The translations under genes and the position numbers were made by a program. A stretch of 64,000 nucleotides of DNA from Candidatus Sulfomarinibacteraceae bacterium. GTDB taxonomy: Bacteria > Acidobacteriota > Thermoanaerobaculia > Thermoanaerobaculales > Sulfomarinibacteraceae. How positions within the stretch are numbered: position 1 is the stretch's first letter; the number at the start of each line of letters is the position of its first letter. Where the stretch lies: positions 192,001 to 256,000 of the forward strand of contig CAWCLO010000003.1 of NCBI GenBank assembly GCA_963796455.1, read 5' to 3'. The notes under the pieces were generated by a model. That model was not told the origin of the DNA and searched no databases. It saw only the letters and a list, made by a program, of their open reading frames with translations. This document shows, in pieces, positions 58,233-64,000 of this stretch.

Positions 58233-59399
58233 ATGGCTGAATCCGTCATCTACCTCGACTGCAACGCCTCGACCCCGTGCGATCCGCGGGTCGTGGAGGC
58301 CATGCTGCCCTATCTGACCGACACATTTGCCAACCCATCGAGCCGGAATCACCGACCCGGCCGGGAGGCATCGACGGCCCTCGAAACGGCGCGCGGCGAG
58401 GTCGCGAGCAGGCTGGGTGCGCGCTCGGCCGCCGAGATCATCATGAATTCGGGAGCCAGCGAAGGCAACAACCACGCGATCGTCGGGGTCGCTGAGGCCT
58501 TTGAAGATCGCCGCCGCCACCTGATCACCCAGGTGACCGAACACCCCTCCGTCCTGGAACCCATGCGTCGGCTTGCGCGCCGGGGCTGGGAGTTGACCGA
58601 GATCGGCGTCGATTCGACCGGACGCATCCGTCTCGAGAAGCTCCGGGAAGCACTTCGTGATGACACCGCTCTGGTGAGCCTCATGCTCGCCAACAACGAG
58701 ACCGGGACCATCCAACCGATCGCCGAAGCCGCCGAACTGGCCCACAACCGAGGCGCCCTCATTCATTGTGACGCCGCCCAGGCGGTGGGCAAGATCCCGG
58801 TCGATATCCGCGCCCTGAAGGTCGATCTGCTCACCATATCCGGCCACAAGATCTACGCCCCGAAGGGCGTCGGGGCCCTCTATCTGCGACGAAGCAAACC
58901 TCCCCTGCGGCTCCCGCCGCTAATCTCGGGCGGCGGCCACGAGTACGGACTGCGTTCGGGAACACCCAACGTGCCCGGTGCGGTGGCTCTGGCGCGAGCC
59001 CTCGAACTCGCCGAAGAGACCCTTGCAAGCGAATCGATCCGGATCGCGGCGCTTCGCGATCGCCTGGAAACCGCGATCACCGGCCCGCTCGAGGGCTGCA
59101 CGGTCAACGGGTCGGCGGAACACCGACTCCCCGGCACCACCAACATCTCCTTTGCCGGGGTGGAGGGAAATGCGCTCCTGGCCTCCCTCCCCGATCTGGC
59201 GGTGAGCACCGGGTCGGCCTGTACCTCCGGTCATTCGGATGCGTCACCGGTATTGCTCGCGATGGGGGTTCCGAAGCCTTTGGCCCGCGCCTCGCTTCGC
59301 TTCGGTCTTGGCCGTTTTTCGACCGCAATGGAGATCGATCGTGCGGCTCGGCGGATCATTGAAGAGGTGTCCCGTCTAAGGTCGCTCTCTCGGCGCTGA
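58233..59399 (+). CDS. Cysteine desulfurase (IscS/NifS family)
   Basis: YLDCNAST, NNETG, HCDAAQ, SGHKIYAPKG and STGSAC. Confidence 0.93.
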   Translation: MAESVIYLDCNASTPCDPRVVEAMLPYLTDTFANPSSRNHRPGREASTALETARGEVASRLGARSAAEIIMNSGASEGNNHAIVGVAEAFEDRRRHLITQVTEHPSVLEPMRRLARRGWELTEIGVDSTGRIRLEKLREALRDDTALVSLMLANNETGTIQPIAEAAELAHNRGALIHCDAAQAVGKIPVDIRALKVDLLTISGHKIYAPKGVGALYLRRSKPPLRLPPLISGGGHEYGLRSGTPNVPGAVALARALELAEETLASESIRIAALRDRLETAITGPLEGCTVNGSAEHRLPGTTNISFAGVEGNALLASLPDLAVSTGSACTSGHSDASPVLLAMGVPKPLARASLRFGLGRFSTAMEIDRAARRIIEEVSRLRSLSRR

Positions 59400-59418
59400 A
59401 GGCGGGAGCCGCTCCTCG

Positions 59419-60606
59419 TCAATCCGTTTCGTGATACAGCAGCAGGCCGTCGAGTCCGCTTTCGAATTCCCTGACCTCGCTGCGCCAATCATCGAGAAGC
59501 CGATCCAATCCTCCGCCCTCCTCGAGGATTTCCCGGACCCGGGATGAACCCGTCAGCAGATCGATGGCGGGGATTTCGGCCACGAATTCATATGGATCGG
59601 GCCGCCACTCGAAATGCTCGGGACTCTGCTCGCGAATCGCCTGAAGTAGGCGGATACCGAGAGCCAAGGGCTCGACAGCGTCCCGGTCGAAGAGATGGAT
59701 CTCCACCCCGGTGCAGACCTCCCCGGCATGTTTGTCGAACTCCGGACGGAATCGTGCCGCCCGGAAGCCGACTCCCGGGGTGGCTTTGGCCCGCAGGGCA
59801 TCAACCAACTGTGCTGCGTCGATCCCCGGCGCCCCGACCAGATGGAACGGCCGGGTGGTGCCACGACCCTCCGAAAGGGTCGTTGCCTCGACAAGGCAGA
59901 GCCCGGGATACAGGGCGGCTGTTTCGAGGACCGGCATGTTGGGACTGGGCGGCACCCACGGCAGACCGGTCTCGTCCCACCACTGGTGCCGTCGCCATCC
60001 ACTGCACGGGATCACGGTCAACTCCAGATTCGGGTACCGCCGCCGCTGCAACAGGAGGGCGATCTCACCCAGGCTCAGGCCGTGCCTCACCGGCACCGGA
60101 AGTTGCGAGACAAAGCTCTCGAATCCGGCTTCCACCAATCCGCCTTCCCGAACGGTCCCCCCGATGGGGTTCGGCCGGTCGAGCACCATGACCTCGACCG
60201 AGGCCTGTTCGCAGGCATTCATGACGAAGTCCATGGTGGCGGCAAAGGTGTAGTAACGGGTCCCGATATCGGGCACGTCCACGATCAGAAGATCGATTTC
60301 GGCGAGATCTTCGGGCTCCGGCGCCAGCGTTTCGACCGTATGGCCGTACAAGGAACGGATCTCGGCCCCGGTCAGCGCATCCGTCTGGCTCTCAACCGCC
60401 TCGTGGTCCTGTGCGATCCCATCGAGACCGTGCTCAGGGGAAAAGAGCCGAACCAGGCGGCCGATCCCAGCCCTCTGCAGAGCCACCCTCGCCGGGTCGA
60501 GACCGGAGGTCACCGCAGCCTGATTGGCCAGCAGGGCCCATGGACGACCTCCCACCAGCCCCGGTTTTTCGATCAAGAACTCCAGGCCGCTTATGACTCG
60601 TTGCAT
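59419..60606 (-). CDS. DUF1343 / NamZ-like exo-beta-N-acetylmuramidase
   Basis: FSPEHG, DIGTRYYT, LDRPNPIGG, PPSPNMP and SEGRGTTRPF. Confidence 0.88.
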   Translation of the reverse strand: MQRVISGLEFLIEKPGLVGGRPWALLANQAAVTSGLDPARVALQRAGIGRLVRLFSPEHGLDGIAQDHEAVESQTDALTGAEIRSLYGHTVETLAPEPEDLAEIDLLIVDVPDIGTRYYTFAATMDFVMNACEQASVEVMVLDRPNPIGGTVREGGLVEAGFESFVSQLPVPVRHGLSLGEIALLLQRRRYPNLELTVIPCSGWRRHQWWDETGLPWVPPSPNMPVLETAALYPGLCLVEATTLSEGRGTTRPFHLVGAPGIDAAQLVDALRAKATPGVGFRAARFRPEFDKHAGEVCTGVEIHLFDRDAVEPLALGIRLLQAIREQSPEHFEWRPDPYEFVAEIPAIDLLTGSSRVREILEEGGGLDRLLDDWRSEVREFESGLDGLLLYHETD

Positions 60607-60619
60607 GGATTTATACTAC

Positions 60620-61153
60620 CCCGTTTCCGTTCCCGATCCCGGTCCCGATCCCGAAAGGGAGAAGGGGGGAAAGGGGGAAAGGGAGAACGACTCGGCATCG
60701 ATTTTTCCTGAACGGGAATGGCGCCCCCCGATGTCATCCTGAGCGCAGCCCCATAGGGGCGTAGTCGAAGGATCTATGAGACGGACCGCAACACCCGTGA
60801 GCCGCAGATCCTTCGACTCGGCCGTCGGACGGCCTCGCTCAGGATGACATGTTGAACGACAATTCCGATACCGATCGCGTTCGCGAAAGGGAGAAAGGGA
60901 AAACGCACCTCACGATGCTCGATACTCGATGCTGGATGCTGGACGCTCAATCCCGAACCCGAGCCTTGGCCCGTTGCCGTTACCGTTACCAAAAGGGACA
61001 ACGGGAAACCCGTACCGGAGACGTCGTTCGTGATAAGGGCCGGGTCTCCTCTGCTCCTCTGCTCCTCTGCTCCTCTGCTCCTCTGCTCCTCTGCTCCTCT
61101 GCTCCTCTGCTCCTCTGCTCCTCTGCTCCTCTGCTCCTCTGCTCCTCTGCTCC
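60620..61153 (+). repeat. Intergenic mosaic element copy D (core 60731-60850, terminal CTCCTCTG x13 at 61046-61149)
   Basis: Same inverted repeats, flanks and terminal octamer array as copy A. Confidence 0.9.
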
Positions 61154-61225
61154 AGAACCAGAAAAATCCATTTACCCGGAAACTTTTTGCACCTCATCGG
61201 CATTATTACCTTCCGGAGGTTGTGA

Positions 61226-61852
61226 ATGACCGCAAAGAACCCATATCGGAGTCTGCAAGTAGTTGTCGTGGCGGCAGCGCTGGTCGCCTCCGTCGTCGTG
61301 GCCGCGCCGACCGAGGCCGGCGACCGCACCGACTTTGCCACCTTTGCGGGTGGTTGTTTCTGGTGCATCGAAGCCGATTTCGAAAAGATCAAGGGCGTGC
61401 GGTCGGTGACCTCGGGATATACCGGCGGATCGTTACCCAACCCCACCTATAAACAGGTCTCGGCGGGTGGCACCGGCCACACGGAGGCGATCCGAGTTGT
61501 CTTCGATCCGGACAAAGTGAGCTATGAGGAGCTCCTGGATGCCTTCTGGCACAATATCGATCCAACCGTGAGCGACCGTCAGTTCTGCGATGTGGGCAAC
61601 CAGTACCGAAGCGGTATCTTCTACCACGATGCCGAACAGCGCGAGGCCGCTGAAAAAAGCAAAAGCGACCTCTCCAGGAGCAAGCCTTTTCCGGAACCGG
61701 TCGTCACCGAAATCACCGAGGCGGGAGCCTTCTATCCAGCCGAGGCATATCACCAGGATTTCTACAAAAAGAGCTCCCTGCGTTACTCCTACTACCGCAA
61801 GGGTTGCGGTCGCGACAAACGACTGGCGGAGCTCTGGGGAGAAAAGAAATGA
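61226..61852 (+). CDS. msrA: Peptide-methionine (S)-S-oxide reductase with signal peptide
   Basis: GGCFWC, GHTEA, QYRSGIF and AEAYHQDF. Hydrophobic N-terminus. Confidence 0.95.
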   Translation: MTAKNPYRSLQVVVVAAALVASVVVAAPTEAGDRTDFATFAGGCFWCIEADFEKIKGVRSVTSGYTGGSLPNPTYKQVSAGGTGHTEAIRVVFDPDKVSYEELLDAFWHNIDPTVSDRQFCDVGNQYRSGIFYHDAEQREAAEKSKSDLSRSKPFPEPVVTEITEAGAFYPAEAYHQDFYKKSSLRYSYYRKGCGRDKRLAELWGEKK

Positions 61853-62409
61853 AACAAACCACGGCGATCATCGCTCTACTGATCTCGAGTTCCTTCGCGG
61901 GCCCGGGACCTGCGTCGGTCGAAGCACAGGATCACGCGTCCGCCACCGACAATCGGAGGATTTCCATGAGCAAAGAAGAACTGAAAGAGACGCTGACACC
62001 CCTGCAGTATGAAGTCACCCAGAAGGAAGGCACCGAACCCGCCTTCCGCAACGAGTACTGGGACAACCACCTCCCCGGCATCTATGTCGACGTCGTGTCC
62101 GGCGAACCCCTCTTTGCTTCGATCCACAAGTACGACTCCGGGTCGGGGTGGCCGGCCTTCACTCAGCCTCTCGAGAAACAAAACATCGTCGAAAAGAAGG
62201 ACCGCAAGTGGCTCATGGTCCGCACCGAGGTCCGGTCGAAAGACGCCGATTCGCATCTCGGCCATGTTTTCCCGGATGGGCCGAAACCGACCGGCATGCG
62301 TTATTGCATCAATTCTGCCGCGATGCGGTTCGTCCCGATCGAGGATCTCGAAAAAGAGGGCTATGGCGAGTATTTGAAGCTCTTCGAGGCTTCCAAAAAA
62401 ACAGATTGA
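61849..62409 (+). CDS. msrB: Peptide-methionine (R)-S-oxide reductase with signal peptide
   Basis: [24 protein letters not shown] and [11 protein letters not shown] overlap with msrA. Confidence 0.95.
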   Translation: MKQTTAIIALLISSSFAGPGPASVEAQDHASATDNRRISMSKEELKETLTPLQYEVTQKEGTEPAFRNEYWDNHLPGIYVDVVSGEPLFASIHKYDSGSGWPAFTQPLEKQNIVEKKDRKWLMVRTEVRSKDADSHLGHVFPDGPKPTGMRYCINSAAMRFVPIEDLEKEGYGEYLKLFEASKKTD

Positions 62410-62540
62410 CCTTCCCTTGGACCGCAACCGGGGGCCGATGCTCTCATCGATTCCTCGGCGAGACGGAATCGACCTCAACGCGCCGCGGTTGCAAATCAAA
62501 ACAAACCAAATACGACCGTTGATCCCGTGAGGAGACGTAG

Positions 62541-64000
62541 ATGAAAAAGCGAGCGATCGCTCGGTGGCAGGATCTCGACGACCGGACACCGGCTCACGCG
62601 CTTGTCGGCAATGTGGATCTGGTGGTCGTTCGATACGACGACGAAGTCTCGGTGCTCTTCGGACGATGCCTGCACCGTGGTGCATTGCTCGCCGACGGCC
62701 ACGTCGACGGCCCGAACCTGATCTGCGGTCTGCACGGTTGGGACTATCGCCTGGACACCGGGGTGAGCGAGTACAACAACGATGAAAGGCTGCAACTCTT
62801 TTCCTCGTGGATCGACGACAACCAGGTCTGGGTTGACGCAGATGAGATCGCTTCGTGGGAGATCGATCATCCCCAACCCTATGATCGAGAGGCCTACCAG
62901 GGGGCCTTCGCGGACCACCACGGCGCTCCTGAGGAGCCCTACGTCAGCGCCATTCAAGAACTGGCTGGGCACGGTTTGGCGCGTGTCGGTCACCACGGGC
63001 CGATGGCCGCGATGGGCGTTTCCCGAACCGAGCTCCCGCGCTGGGAGGATCTGCAACTCGTCACCGCTCAGCTTGCTCGTCTGCCCCTTCTGGATACGGA
63101 AGAGGTCGGCACCGAATTGGTGATCGGCCCCGGAGCCGACAAACCGCTGCATCTGGAGATCCCCCTCTTCGTTTCCGATATGAGTTTTGGCGCCCTCTCC
63201 GAAGAATCCAAAACTGCTCTTGCACTGGGAGCCGAAGCGGCGGGAACCGGAATCTGCTCCGGCGAGGGTGGGATGCTCCCTGAAGAACAGGCCGCCAATA
63301 CCCGATACTTCTATGAGCTCGCATCGGCCCGTTTCGGTTTTTCCTGGCAGGCCCTGACGCGAGTTCAGGCATTCCACTTCAAAGGAGGGCAGGCGGCCAA
63401 GACTGGCACCGGAGGCCATCTTCCCGGCCACAAGGTCACCGAGAAGATCGCCGCCGTACGCGGCCTGGAAGCAGGAACGTCCGCCATTTCGCCGGCACGG
63501 TTTCCCGATTGGGAGCACGAAGACGATTTTCGGAGATTTGCAGACGAGGTGCGGGAAAAGACCGGCGGCATCCCGATCGGCTTCAAACTCTCGGCGCAGC
63601 ACATCGAGGACGACCTCGACGCGGCCATCCGCATCGGTGTCGACTATGTGATCCTCGACGGACGTGGCGGTGGCACCGGCGCGGCACCGCTGATCTTCCG
63701 CAACAACATCTCGGTACCGACGATCCCCGCGATCGCCCGCGCGCGCCGCCACCTCGACGCCCGCGGCAGACAAGACATCACTCTGATCGCCACCGGCGGT
63801 TTGCGCCTGGCAGACGACTTCGTCAAAGCAATAGCCCTCGGCGCGGACGGTGTCGCCATCGCGAACTCGGCACTGCAAGCCATCGGTTGTCTAGGTATGC
63901 GCGCCTGCCACACCAACAACTGTCCGGTCGGTATCGCGACCCAACAACCGCACCTGCGACAACGATTGGTGATCGAACCGGCGGCTGCACGTCTGGATCG
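62541..64000 (+). CDS. Rieske 2Fe-2S domain fused to FMN-binding glutamate synthase family protein (3'-truncated, absent from the ORF track)
   Basis: GAGGAG RBS and ATG at 62541. MKKRAIARW...CLHRG...CGLHGW Rieske motif at the start. CHTNNCPVGIATQ is in the same frame near the window end. Confidence 0.88.
   Translation, partial: MKKRAIARWQDLDDRTPAHALVGNVDLVVVRYDDEVSVLFGRCLHRGALLADGHVDGPNLICGLHGWDYRLDTGVSEYNNDERLQLFSSWIDDNQVWVDADEIASWEIDHPQPYDREAYQGAFADHHGAPEEPYVSAIQELAGHGLARVGHHGPMAAMGVSRTELPRWEDLQLVTAQLARLPLLDTEEVGTELVIGPGADKPLHLEIPLFVSDMSFGALSEESKTALALGAEAAGTGICSGEGGMLPEEQAANTRYFYELASARFGFSWQALTRVQAFHFKGGQAAKTGTGGHLPGHKVTEKIAAVRGLEAGTSAISPARFPDWEHEDDFRRFADEVREKTGGIPIGFKLSAQHIEDDLDAAIRIGVDYVILDGRGGGTGAAPLIFRNNISVPTIPAIARARRHLDARGRQDITLIATGGLRLADDFVKAIALGADGVAIANSALQAIGCLGMRACHTNNCPVGIATQQPHLRQRLVIEPAAARLD

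Noticed and set aside
4687..60850. CRISPR array interpretation of the repeats
   Set aside because: No run of identical 23-47 bp repeats with unique, evenly sized spacers, and no cas genes. The repeats are dispersed palindromes or short tandem arrays.
1..64000. tRNA, rRNA, tmRNA or prophage genes
   Set aside because: I recognised no cloverleaf, rRNA signature or phage-like gene by eye. A tRNAscan/Infernal run would be needed to exclude small RNAs.

Overview
GC-rich, gene-dense bacterial DNA. Gene content (Hdr/Flx cluster, T2SS/T4P-like cluster with a TPR-type secretin, mevalonate genes) suggests an anaerobic or facultative organism, possibly Acidobacteriota; this is inference only. Main blocks: (1) mvaD and a phosphomevalonate kinase; (2) a roughly 10 kb apparent operon marR - 2-oxoacid:ferredoxin oxidoreductase (delta, alpha, beta, gamma) - hdrA - mvhD/flxDC fusion - flxB - flxA - hdrD-like; (3) a second two-subunit 2-oxoacid oxidoreductase with a Rex/CRP-like operator; (4) rpsF-rpsR-DUF2232-rplI with an S6:S18-type leader; (5) purM and a frameshifted large purL; (6) an ECF sigma/anti-sigma pair heading a type II secretion/type IV pilus-like operon with two +1 frameshifts; (7) yhaM-like, surA/ppiC-like, mfd, ribBA, iscS-like, namZ-like, exported msrA and msrB, and a Rieske-glutamate synthase family gene cut by the window edge. 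The ORF track misses a 73-aa SelW/Rdx-type selenoprotein (CVQU with a SECIS-like hairpin, 48977-49198). The most unusual signal is non-coding. A modular intergenic mosaic element occurs in 4 copies around an ATGTCATCCTGAGCG inverted-repeat core, and the core is flipped in one copy. Many 6-, 7- and 8-mer arrays also occur, often as inverted pairs, and two of them are translated inside pseudopilin leader peptides. I recognised no rRNA, tRNA, CRISPR array or transposase.
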